Positions 18,448 through 27,440 of a stretch of 48,340 nucleotides of DNA are shown one piece after another. The notes under the pieces are model-generated. The model was not told the origin of the DNA. It did not search any database and worked only from the letters and a program-made list of their open reading frames with translations. The stretch is taken from NCBI GenBank assembly GCA_040081675.1, contig JBEBGB010000003.1, forward strand, positions 1 to 48,340, in the 5' to 3' direction. How positions within the stretch are numbered: the stretch's first letter is position 1; each line of letters opens with the position of its first letter. This DNA comes from Vicinamibacterales bacterium (GTDB taxonomy: Bacteria; Acidobacteriota; Vicinamibacteria; Vicinamibacterales; CAVVIG01). Both the position numbers and the translations under genes were made by a program.

Positions 18448-18535
18448 GTGAGTACGCGCTCTCCTGATGATGTCGTTCTCGTACCGTCCCGCCACGACGG
18501 GACGGCACGAGCCGCACTGCGGGTTGTCGCCTGCA

Positions 18536-20707
18536 TCAATAGCGGAACAACCAGCTGACTTTGACGAACGCCTGCCTTCCAACAGAGCGGACGATGGGGT
18601 TCCAAGGCAACGGCACGTCGGCTCGCTCTGGCTCCAGCCGGTCGACGTAGCCGACATACAGGGCAGTGCCGGGATTCAGCTCGAGGGTGCCGAGGATATC
18701 GAGGCCCATCGGCTGCTTGCGCTTTACGGCGCTGAATACCGGATTCGGGTCCACGCGTTCGTAGTCGACGATGGCCCTGATGGACAGCGCGCGAGTGAAA
18801 TGCACGTTCAGCTTCGAGCGCAGGATGTCGTTGGTCAGCACCGTGCGAGAGCCGCCCACCTCACCCCGCTGGTAGAGATGCGTACGGAGGTAGGTTTCGG
18901 ACAACGCGACGTGACGCCCGGGCTTGAGCGACACCCCGACCTCGGCGGCCCGTCGGTCCACGAGGTGCGGCAGGCGACCTGCGGCAGGCTTGCGATTGAT
19001 GTCGGTCCCGATCTCGTACGCGGCCGCAATCGCCCACTGAGCCCGCTCGATCTCGACCTCCATCGTCGAGCGTGCTTTGTCGAAGTCGAGGCCGCCCACC
19101 GATTCGAAACTGCGGGCATGGTCGACGAGCACGGATGTCTGCCCCACGAACTCCATCTCGAACCGAGGTCGCGTTCGCCAATCGGTCAGCGCGTCTGCAT
19201 GATTCCAGATCAGATAGCCGTCGAACGTGGGACCGTACTTGACCAGCGGTCCGCCATCAGGCCGCCACTGGTAGGACACTTTGTGATCGACCTGTCTCAC
19301 GTCGACTCGTCGAATGAACCCCAGGGCCGCCTCGAAGTCTGGCGACAGGTCCGTGTACTGCGCGCTGATATCGAGGTGACGTGCGTCACGCTCGAGCGCC
19401 GCGAACATCGCCTTTCCGCTGGTGTGCGCTCCAGAGCGCGTCGTGTCGCTTCGCGCCAGCTGGCCGGCGACCGCCCACGTGTCGCCGATCGTCCAGCGTC
19501 CGTCCGCCGACACGACACGATTGGCATTGCCGGCTCCGGCAGCATCGCGCATCGTCGCCAGTGCTCCGATGTGCCCGGCTCGGCCGAACTCACGTCGAAC
19601 CGTTCCAACGAGGGCCGTCGCCGCGTCGGTGTCTGGCGTCTTTCGATCGTTCATCACCAGGCCCGCAGTCAACCACGACCCGGCCTTGCCGGTCAGCCTG
19701 GCGCCACCACCTGGATCGAGAATGCGTCGAGAGAAGAACGTTGGGACTGGGGTCGCGAAATAGCCGGCGTTCTCGACGAAGAAGGTGCGCTTCTCAGGGA
19801 ACAGCACCTCGAACCGCTCGTTGACGGTCACCTGCGGAGTATCGGATTCGACTTCGCTGAAGTCCGGATTGACCGTCGCGTCGAGCACGAAAGCGCTGCC
19901 CAGTCCGACCTTGGCGTCGATCCCCAGCCGGCGCGTCGAGTCGAAGGCGGCGTCAGCGTCCGCGCCGGTGCGAGCGTCTGCAAAGACGCCGTACGGCGTC
20001 ACCTGCAGGTTGGCACCTGGCGCGATGCGCTCGAAGCCGCGGGCGTCGGCGAACTGAGGAACGAATCCCTGCGCGCGCTTGGACACCAGCGGCCAGAACG
20101 ACTCCTCGTTGAGACGCTGGACCGTCCGCGAGAGTGCGATGCCCCAGGTCTGCGTCAGCTCGCCCGAGAATCGCAGGCTCCGAAACGGAATCGCCATCTT
20201 CACGGTGTAACCGAACGAGGTGAGCGTTGCCTCGCTGTACCACAACGTGTCGAAGCTGTCGTCGTCGTCCTGTCCCTCGGTCTTGATCGACTCGGACTGC
20301 ACGCCGAGCGGGTTGCTGGTGAACACGTACGCCCGGCGTCGATCGTGGAACGTGTCCAGGTACAGCGACACGCTGTCGTCGGCCTCTGCCCCCTCGCGGC
20401 GGCTCAAGCGAGCGCGAACTTTCTCTGGGTTGTCGATGCAGACGAAGACAGCGTAGAGGCGATCCTGGTCATACGACAGGTACGCGGTCGTGCCGAGCGT
20501 GGCGGGGCGGCCGTCGCGCGGCTCGCGCTGCCGGAACTCGGAGACCAGCCCGGGACGAGGGAGCGCCTCCGGCGAAGTGAAGGTGTCGAGCTCGGGTGCT
20601 GACGCCACGCGCGGAATCTGCACGCTGAGCGATTGCGCCGACGAGGGAGCCACGGAAGCCAGGGCCAGCAGCAGCGCGCCGCAGGCTCGCCACAATGCAG
20701 CGTTCAT
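18536..20707 (-). CDS. DUF5916 protein: CBM9-like domain plus probable outer-membrane beta-barrel
   Basis: Signal peptide, LDTFHD.R.AY.F..NP.GVQ, AIPFRSLRF, TVNPDFSEVESD, FPEKRTFFVE, C-terminal FVKVSWLFRY; ATG 20707 overlaps upstream stop. Confidence 0.85.
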   Translation of the reverse strand: MNAALWRACGALLLALASVAPSSAQSLSVQIPRVASAPELDTFTSPEALPRPGLVSEFRQREPRDGRPATLGTTAYLSYDQDRLYAVFVCIDNPEKVRARLSRREGAEADDSVSLYLDTFHDRRRAYVFTSNPLGVQSESIKTEGQDDDDSFDTLWYSEATLTSFGYTVKMAIPFRSLRFSGELTQTWGIALSRTVQRLNEESFWPLVSKRAQGFVPQFADARGFERIAPGANLQVTPYGVFADARTGADADAAFDSTRRLGIDAKVGLGSAFVLDATVNPDFSEVESDTPQVTVNERFEVLFPEKRTFFVENAGYFATPVPTFFSRRILDPGGGARLTGKAGSWLTAGLVMNDRKTPDTDAATALVGTVRREFGRAGHIGALATMRDAAGAGNANRVVSADGRWTIGDTWAVAGQLARSDTTRSGAHTSGKAMFAALERDARHLDISAQYTDLSPDFEAALGFIRRVDVRQVDHKVSYQWRPDGGPLVKYGPTFDGYLIWNHADALTDWRTRPRFEMEFVGQTSVLVDHARSFESVGGLDFDKARSTMEVEIERAQWAIAAAYEIGTDINRKPAAGRLPHLVDRRAAEVGVSLKPGRHVALSETYLRTHLYQRGEVGGSRTVLTNDILRSKLNVHFTRALSIRAIVDYERVDPNPVFSAVKRKQPMGLDILGTLELNPGTALYVGYVDRLEPERADVPLPWNPIVRSVGRQAFVKVSWLFRY

Positions 20708-21492
20708 GCGGACGCCTCCGCCGCTGTGGTCGCATCTGGCACGGGAGGCGACGTCGCGAGCGAGGCCGCCTCGACCAGCGACACGAACTGCACCATCGAA
20801 TGACGCCGGAGAGTGTCCAGCAGTGCCGAGACATCCTCGAGATCCAGATCGTCCATCACTGCGTGATGAAACAGGACGCCCGCAACCGGCCGGTTCGTCA
20901 AGACATCGGCACACGACGCGCCAAGCTGGTTCCGCGTGAGCCTGACGCCGCGCTTCTTGCCCGACCAGTCCACGTGCACCGGGCACTCACGAAGTCCGGC
21001 GACGCCGAGGACGCCTGCCGTGACATCTCTGGACAGCACCTCGACGCCCATCTCGACGAGCAGCGGACCCACCGCCTCGACACAGCGATTCCAAGGCGGC
21101 GTGAACACCGGGTCTACCGACGCACCGAACGCCTCGACCATGCGTGCGTGCCCTTGTGTGAGATCCATCCGCAGATCGTCGAGCGACCGCGACGCGCCGA
21201 ACTCGCACTTACGCCCAGTCGGCTCATGATTCATGTGCGCCCATCCGTGCTGATGAAACCCGAGGCGTGCGGGGTATGCGCGCCGGCGCTCCGTGAGCCA
21301 CTGCGCCCGCTCGCCAGTGAGTTCGGACGGGATCACGGCCAGAGCCAGGGGCACACCGTGCCAGGCGCACGTGTCCAACAGACCCGCCAGCCGCTCATCC
21401 GCCCAGCCCGCGTCGTCATCGCGCACGAACAGCGCGACCGGAACGTCTCGCGCGTCGAGCGCGCGGTGCACCGGGTCCAGCCAGCCGCTCAC
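20704..21492 (-). CDS. Polysaccharide deacetylase-like (CE4/NodB-like) protein
   Basis: FVRDDDAG, LAVIP, QHGWAH.NH, FTPPWNR, GVLFHH. Confidence 0.85.
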   Translation of the reverse strand: MSGWLDPVHRALDARDVPVALFVRDDDAGWADERLAGLLDTCAWHGVPLALAVIPSELTGERAQWLTERRRAYPARLGFHQHGWAHMNHEPTGRKCEFGASRSLDDLRMDLTQGHARMVEAFGASVDPVFTPPWNRCVEAVGPLLVEMGVEVLSRDVTAGVLGVAGLRECPVHVDWSGKKRGVRLTRNQLGASCADVLTNRPVAGVLFHHAVMDDLDLEDVSALLDTLRRHSMVQFVSLVEAASLATSPPVPDATTAAEASA

Positions 21493-22688
21493 CGGACCGC
21501 CTCCCCCGCGAACGCCCTTTGCGATCTGGCGGAGCGGCGAGACGCCAGGTCCGAGAGCAGGCGCAACGTCGTCTCGGCGCCGTTCATGTCGAGCGTCGGC
21601 CTGGCCGGCGTGAAGTCCAGCAGCTCACGAATCGCGCCCGCCAGGCGCTCGGGGGTGAGCTCTGTGGACGGGAGCGTCTCGAGCAGACCGCACTCGGCCA
21701 GGCGTGTGGCACGCGTGGTCTGCTCATTCTCACGCCCCTCGGCGAACGGCACGACGAGCGCCGGCACGCGAGCGCGCAGCAGGTCGAGCGCCGTGTTGTA
21801 GCCGCACTGACTCACCGAGGCGCGGGCAGACGTGAGCAGTGGTACCAGGCTCGGCACCTGCGGCAGAACCGTGAGCCCTCGACCCTTCGTCGCCGCTGTC
21901 TGCAGATCCGCGACGACGGCAGGCGGTGCGAACGGTCCGGCCACGATCGTCGTCGGCAGCTGCAGCACGGGCCAGTTGATGGCGTGCGCGGCAACGGCCG
22001 CGCGGAAGAGCGGCTCGCCCACATGTCCCCCGCCGGCGGACACCAGGACACCGGACCTGTCGACCGACGGTTGCTCAACGAAGTCGCGCGTCAGAAAGCC
22101 CGTGTACTCGACCGGCGTGGCGAGCGGAACGGAGGGGCGGAAGGTGTCCTCCAGCCGCGCGAAGATCGGATCGGTGTGCGCCATCACCAGATCGAAGAAA
22201 CGGTGGCAGAGGTCACGGGCGCGATCGTCGAACTCCTGCTGGCTCCGGCGCGCGGTCACCAGCAGGTCGCGAAGGCTGCACACAATGAGCGGACGGTCTG
22301 CCCCGCGGGCGTGAGCCGCCGTGAGCAGCGGGATCAGCTCGCACTCGAACTTCCGACGCCCGAACGGGAACAGCTCGATCAGCACCACGTCCGGCTGCCT
22401 GGCGTTCAGCAGCGCAATCATCTGATCGCGCCGTCGTTGCAGCGCCTCGTCCACCGTGAGACCGGGCGTGAGCGACACCAGCGTGGCGTCCTCTCGCATG
22501 CCGAGCGGGGGCAGGTCGATGCGCTCGACGGCGTCCGGAAACGGCAGCCCGGCCGGCACGGGGCCGCCGTTCAGAAAGACGATGTCGAAAGCGTGCGACA
22601 GCCGCTCGGCCATGGCCGATGAGCGGACGAAGTGACCCATGCCGATCGAGTGCTGGCAGTAGAAGAAGAGTTTCATCGTGGGCACCAT
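21489..22688 (-). CDS. GT-B glycosyltransferase, COG4671-like (GT28 C-terminal domain)
   Basis: YCQHSIGMGH, IELFPFGR, SLRDLL, SAGGG.VG, QCGYNT, ENEQ..RA. Confidence 0.88.
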   Translation of the reverse strand: MVPTMKLFFYCQHSIGMGHFVRSSAMAERLSHAFDIVFLNGGPVPAGLPFPDAVERIDLPPLGMREDATLVSLTPGLTVDEALQRRRDQMIALLNARQPDVVLIELFPFGRRKFECELIPLLTAAHARGADRPLIVCSLRDLLVTARRSQQEFDDRARDLCHRFFDLVMAHTDPIFARLEDTFRPSVPLATPVEYTGFLTRDFVEQPSVDRSGVLVSAGGGHVGEPLFRAAVAAHAINWPVLQLPTTIVAGPFAPPAVVADLQTAATKGRGLTVLPQVPSLVPLLTSARASVSQCGYNTALDLLRARVPALVVPFAEGRENEQTTRATRLAECGLLETLPSTELTPERLAGAIRELLDFTPARPTLDMNGAETTLRLLSDLASRRSARSQRAFAGEAVR

Positions 22689-22733
22689 GCATTTCGTGAG
22701 TTGGCGAGTTGGTGACGTCGCGAACCCATCAAC

Positions 22734-24032
22734 TCAACCAACCAGATCACCAAGTCGCCAGGTCACCGGCTCGGGAGAACGCTGCGCAGCGTCATCAAGC
22801 GCAGCCACAGCGCTGCCCAGGTGCCGCTCGGCTCGAACATCGCCGTCCGGCCGCAGCGCGCGTGCGCTCCGGAGTGCCTTGGCCAGACGTTTGTGCGCGC
22901 GATACGCCGCGAGCAGCCGCGGATCGAGCGGACCCGCCGATTCCTCGTAACCCGCGATGAACGCAGGCGCGATGTCGTCCATCGAACAGGTCAGCCCATC
23001 TTCGAAGTCCAGTTCGCCGAGGAAGGTGGCCACATCGAGCTCGGGATCGCCCGTCGACAGCCGGTCGAAGTCCACCAGGCCAAAACCACGACCGATCCCG
23101 AGCCACTGGTTCATGTGCGGCGCGCCGTGAATCGGCACCTGCCTGGCGCCACAGTCCCGATGAACGGACTCCAGTGTGGCCATCAGCCCGGTAAGTGCGC
23201 CTGTCAGCGCCGGCACTCGCGCGCTCAGCTCACGCGCGTAGCTGTGCGAACGCTCGCACTGGACGTCGCTATCGAACCGCGCCCCTGGCGTGATGCGGGC
23301 TGACACAATCGTCCCGGCGGCGTGCCCCAGGCGTCTGGCGAAGTCCAGTGCATCCGCGCCCGCCAGCAACGGGCCTATTGAAACGCCCCCCACCGATCGC
23401 TGCCACAGCGTTCGGGTATCGGCGTCCCATGCGACCGGTTCGGCAACCGCGAACCCCAGCTCACCGCGCTCGGAGGCGGCCCACAGCTGCTGTGCTTCCT
23501 CGTGGAGACGACGACCGGTATCGTCGGGGAAGACCTTGCAGAAGAAGGTCGCGTCGATCCGGTCCACTCGGAACGTGCAGCGGCGTCCCGGGCGATACCG
23601 CACAACCACTCCGTCACCGGCGCGGGCCAGTGCGTCGGCGAGCGTCGGCAGACGACGGTCGCTCGGGAACCTCGACTCGGCCAACCATCCGAGCTCCGCG
23701 TGTTCGACAACCCGTGCGTACGACGTCCCGTCCGGCTCGACGTCGTAGAGCTCGACGGTGCGGATCTCCTGGCGCGGGTGCATGCGCTCGAACACGACGA
23801 TCGCGTAGGGCCGTCGCTCATGTGGGCGTGCCGCCGGAGCTGACGGCGCGCTCGGTCTGTGTGTCGGCGTCGCGTCCATCGCCGATGCGGGCAGGAAGCG
23901 GCCGTAGGTGCGCTGCCACTGCGGCGGATCCTGCGCGCGGCCCGCAGACCACTCGCCCATCGCGCCGAGGATCGCCGCATCATCGGCCAGCAACGCGAGA
24001 CGACGCCTGTAGGCAACATGAACGCTAGCCAC
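22734..24032 (-). CDS. APH/choline-kinase-like phosphotransferase, probable pseudokinase
   Basis: FP.D.RLP.L, RYRPGRRCT, FCKVF, IHGAPHMNQ (Asp missing), LVDFD, GDPELDVATF; GTG 24032 overlaps upstream stop. Confidence 0.8.
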   Translation of the reverse strand: MASVHVAYRRRLALLADDAAILGAMGEWSAGRAQDPPQWQRTYGRFLPASAMDATPTHRPSAPSAPAARPHERRPYAIVVFERMHPRQEIRTVELYDVEPDGTSYARVVEHAELGWLAESRFPSDRRLPTLADALARAGDGVVVRYRPGRRCTFRVDRIDATFFCKVFPDDTGRRLHEEAQQLWAASERGELGFAVAEPVAWDADTRTLWQRSVGGVSIGPLLAGADALDFARRLGHAAGTIVSARITPGARFDSDVQCERSHSYARELSARVPALTGALTGLMATLESVHRDCGARQVPIHGAPHMNQWLGIGRGFGLVDFDRLSTGDPELDVATFLGELDFEDGLTCSMDDIAPAFIAGYEESAGPLDPRLLAAYRAHKRLAKALRSARALRPDGDVRAERHLGSAVAALDDAAQRSPEPVTWRLGDLVG

Positions 24033-25428
24033 GAGAGACCTCCACGGCGTGGGCATGCGCGTCGGCCACGAGCGACTCGAGATGTGCGATCTGGTCGGGT
24101 CGCACGCGGGTGATCGAACGCTGCGCGCGTTCCACGAGCAGTGCCGCCGCCTGAAACCATCGCAGTTCGCGATTCGGTGGATTCGGCCTGACCGCCTCAT
24201 ATCCGTTCCTCAGCGCTGCCACTAGTTGCACCTCGCGCTGCGGCGTCCACTCGCCAGTCAGTGCACGGGTTCGCAACAGGGCCAGCACACTCGCGATATC
24301 GGCGGCAGCCGGCCCGTACGAGGCCACATCGAAGTCGATGAAACCCACATCGTCTCTGGTGGCCTGTCGTGTAGCGTTCGCGAAACCGGGTTGGTCGAGG
24401 GCGACGAGCCAGTTACGGGCGTTCACGTCGCCGTGTACGCAGACGGGCTGCTGGTCAGAGGGTCGATGCGCCACGAGCAGATCCACGGTGCGTCGCACGA
24501 GATCGCCGAGATCCGGTCTCGCCCATGCGACGACCTCGCCCGCTCGCACCAGTTGGTCGTCGTCGAACGCTCCGAATCTGGGGAGCGTGAACGGCGAGGC
24601 GTCGGTCGGAAGGGCATGCAAACGCGCCAGAGAGGTTCCAAGCGCAGTGAAGGCACGAACGAGCCTCGCTTCCGGCACGGCATCGAGATGCTGGCCTGCC
24701 ACGGCGTCGACAATGAGCAGGTGGCGACGGTCGTCCCAGGCTCTCAGTCGAGGGACGCGCAGCGGCGAGTCGGCAGCAGTCAGCGCATGTTCGAGCCACA
24801 GCAGCGCACGCCGAGCCTGTTCGAGATCGTTGGCTGCGTAGAGCTTTGCGAAGCCCACGGCCTGCCCATCTGGTTGCGAGACTCGGGCGATGGCGGCTCG
24901 TTCGGGGTTGTAGCCGACTACCTCGATCGACAGCCTTCCCGGATACAGGTCTCTGATGAGCGGGAGCGGCGTCGAGAGCGCGTCGAGACCGGCCAGACAT
25001 CGGTCGTTCGGGAACGTCCAGAACACCGCTTTCAACTCCGCATCGAAACACACGCCGCGCAAGGGCGAGCACGGCCGTTCGGTCCGGCGTGCGTCCGCGA
25101 ACATCGCCTCCGCACCTGTCGCTCGCATGCGCGTCGACACGAGGTAGCTGACACCGTCAACCCAGACACGATGAACTGTTCTGACGCTCTCGCCGATGCG
25201 GTACTTCGCACGGAGCCGCTCCACACGCTGGACCTCGAGCCTCCCACGTTCGCCCAATCGCTCGGCGAACACCTGGGCCGCCCACTGGTCGTCGAGCAGA
25301 CGATCGCGCAGCGGAAGCTGCAGATCCTTCGGCAGGAGGGCGCTCGCGGGCTGGTCGGCGGACTTGCCAGATTCGTGCGGACGTCTGACGTCGAGCCCGA
25401 CGCCGAGGATGACGCCTTCAATGCTCAT
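24025..25428 (-). CDS. APH/choline-kinase-like phosphotransferase
   Basis: WTFPND, YNPERAA, FAKLY, VHGDVNARN, FIDFD, GPAAADIA; ATG 25428 in ATGA overlap. Confidence 0.85.
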   Translation of the reverse strand: MSIEGVILGVGLDVRRPHESGKSADQPASALLPKDLQLPLRDRLLDDQWAAQVFAERLGERGRLEVQRVERLRAKYRIGESVRTVHRVWVDGVSYLVSTRMRATGAEAMFADARRTERPCSPLRGVCFDAELKAVFWTFPNDRCLAGLDALSTPLPLIRDLYPGRLSIEVVGYNPERAAIARVSQPDGQAVGFAKLYAANDLEQARRALLWLEHALTAADSPLRVPRLRAWDDRRHLLIVDAVAGQHLDAVPEARLVRAFTALGTSLARLHALPTDASPFTLPRFGAFDDDQLVRAGEVVAWARPDLGDLVRRTVDLLVAHRPSDQQPVCVHGDVNARNWLVALDQPGFANATRQATRDDVGFIDFDVASYGPAAADIASVLALLRTRALTGEWTPQREVQLVAALRNGYEAVRPNPPNRELRWFQAAALLVERAQRSITRVRPDQIAHLESLVADAHAHAVEVSRG

Positions 25429-27440
25429 GACGAACTCCTCGCTGTGGTGAGGGCTCCGTCCTCGACCGACCAGGTTGCCCACGCACACCGGCTGTCGTTG
25501 CCCATTCGAGTACTGCGGCCGCCGGTCGTGAGCACCCCCTCGACGACGTCGAGTGCGGAGAACGCAACGAGACGACCGCCGGCGTCGACTCGCGTCCACG
25601 CCGCGAGGGCCGTGCCGGAGAAACCGGGCAGGTCGATGCCGTGGCACGCACCGGCCCACGACAGCGTGTCGATAAAAGCCTCGGACGGGCGAACGCGGTC
25701 CCCTCGACTCGCATCGCCTGTCTGGGGCGTGCGCACCTCGACGACCATGGGATCCTCGAAGCGCGCGCTGCCAGCCAACTGCCGAATGCGAAGTGCAGTG
25801 TCGAAGAGATCGCGTGGCGCGACCGCGGTCAACAGAACCGTCGATGTGGCCCGTGCCGACATCGCCACGACCGGCGCGCGGTGTTTCACGCCGTAGAGCG
25901 GAGCGAACCAGCCGTCCTCGATCCGCAGCGGGAACGCCGGTGTGAACGTGAGCGCGACACCGTCGGCGACGATCACGCCAGGGCGGTCCTGACAGACCGC
26001 AATGTGCTGGCCTGCCTCTGGAGCGAGGTGCCAGCGAAGCTCGTATGTGTGCTCGCGAGCGCCCTCGAGATAGTCCGCGACGAGCCAGTACTCGTTGCCG
26101 ACGAAGAGCACGGCGCGCGAGTGCACGGCCTCGTAGGCCGGGCTCGTGCACTGCCCTGCCACAAGGTCGAAGCGGGGTGCGCTGCCTCGAGCGAGCAGCT
26201 GTCCAGAGGCCACGAGTCCCCCCGGTTTGCGCCTTGCGTACGGCGTCTGGTCGAGTCCGTCGACCAGAACCGTGTTGTGCGCCGCTGTACTCTTGAACCA
26301 GCGTCGCCAGTTCGGCGGTGTTTCCGAGTAGGTGTATCGACCGGGGTCGATCAGCAGCGGCTTGCCGCCTGACGCGGCTTCCACGCTCAGCTGGTCGTAA
26401 TGGCCATGGCCGCCGTCACCGAGCGGTCCGCAGTCGAAGATCAGAAACCGCTCGTCCGCATAGGGACGATCGACGCCCCACCCGCTTCGCTGCGTGTAGT
26501 AGCCGCCTGCCGGGAAACTCGCACACTGACGTGACGGCGCCTGGCCGGCAGCACCTGACGTGGCGGCGTAGACCAGATCCGCGCGGTTCAGCAGTTGTCC
26601 CGCCAGCAGCAGCACGTCGGCGTAGCTCTCGCTGTCGGCGTCCGAGCATGCCGGAATCCGACCGTCCGGCCGGTGGCAATGCAGCGCGAAGTCGGCCGCC
26701 AGCGCGACGCGCTCGGTGAACGAGGCTGGAAGGGCGATGCCCGCCATCCGCGCGTTCTGCATGGCGCCGAGAAACGAGCGCAGGACGATGCAGTGATAGT
26801 GGGTCGAGCCCTCGCGGTGCACCCCGTCGGGCCGCACATCGGCAAGCAGATTCAGATGGAGCTGCTCGAACGCGAAGTCCCGCAGCGCGGCTCCTTCATC
26901 GAGATCGGGGAACGCCAGCGCCGCAACGAGCAGCGCGTACAGTTCCAGCGTTCGATGGTTGCGTTCCTTCGTCAGGTTGTCTCGAACCGAGAGCACCTCA
27001 TCCCACAGATACCCGACGACGCGGTGCGCTTCCTGCTCGGTGAGCGGGTCGCACCCGCCCTCATGCTCGAAGCGGTTCCAGGCGTAGATCCAGTTCTGGA
27101 TGCGGCGTGCCGCCACCTCGGTGTCATCCGCTCCAGCCGGCACCTGCGCCACGAAGCTGGTCACCAGCCGGCGCCAGGCGTCGCGGTACCGCACATCCTT
27201 CGTGTCGGCAAAGGCATGCGCCAGATCGAGACCGTAGTAGAACTTGACCCACTCGACCCGCCACTCCTTATCGTCGGGGAACGGATCGACCCGCCAGTCG
27301 GGCTCGGTGCCGAGCGGCAACGTGAGCCCGCCGATCGTGAAGTAGCCCGTCACCACGTCGTTCGCAACGGCGAGATCGCGGCACGCGCTGTCCAGCACGC
27401 TGAAGACCACGCGGGGCACACAGGCATGTGTCGAACTCAC
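25425..27440 (-). CDS. Heparinase II/III-like polysaccharide lyase family protein
   Basis: NH..LEL, DGVHREGSTHYH, RPDG.IP..SDAD, GHGHYDQLS, DPGRYTY, STAAHNTVLVDG; no evident signal peptide. Confidence 0.87.
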   Translation of the reverse strand: MSSTHACVPRVVFSVLDSACRDLAVANDVVTGYFTIGGLTLPLGTEPDWRVDPFPDDKEWRVEWVKFYYGLDLAHAFADTKDVRYRDAWRRLVTSFVAQVPAGADDTEVAARRIQNWIYAWNRFEHEGGCDPLTEQEAHRVVGYLWDEVLSVRDNLTKERNHRTLELYALLVAALAFPDLDEGAALRDFAFEQLHLNLLADVRPDGVHREGSTHYHCIVLRSFLGAMQNARMAGIALPASFTERVALAADFALHCHRPDGRIPACSDADSESYADVLLLAGQLLNRADLVYAATSGAAGQAPSRQCASFPAGGYYTQRSGWGVDRPYADERFLIFDCGPLGDGGHGHYDQLSVEAASGGKPLLIDPGRYTYSETPPNWRRWFKSTAAHNTVLVDGLDQTPYARRKPGGLVASGQLLARGSAPRFDLVAGQCTSPAYEAVHSRAVLFVGNEYWLVADYLEGAREHTYELRWHLAPEAGQHIAVCQDRPGVIVADGVALTFTPAFPLRIEDGWFAPLYGVKHRAPVVAMSARATSTVLLTAVAPRDLFDTALRIRQLAGSARFEDPMVVEVRTPQTGDASRGDRVRPSEAFIDTLSWAGACHGIDLPGFSGTALAAWTRVDAGGRLVAFSALDVVEGVLTTGGRSTRMGNDSRCAWATWSVEDGALTTARSSS

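Noticed and set aside
18467-20602. 711-aa plus-strand ORF
   Set aside because: Antisense shadow of the DUF5916 gene; no recognisable motifs; expected in high-GC DNA
22734-25428. Aminoglycoside resistance genes
   Set aside because: APH-fold only; large N-terminal extensions and tight coupling in a glycosyltransferase operon point to biosynthesis
24226-25896. 556-aa plus-strand ORF and many similar overlapping ORFs in the track
   Set aside because: Antisense or alternate-frame shadows of motif-bearing genes, with Arg/Pro/Ala-rich composition
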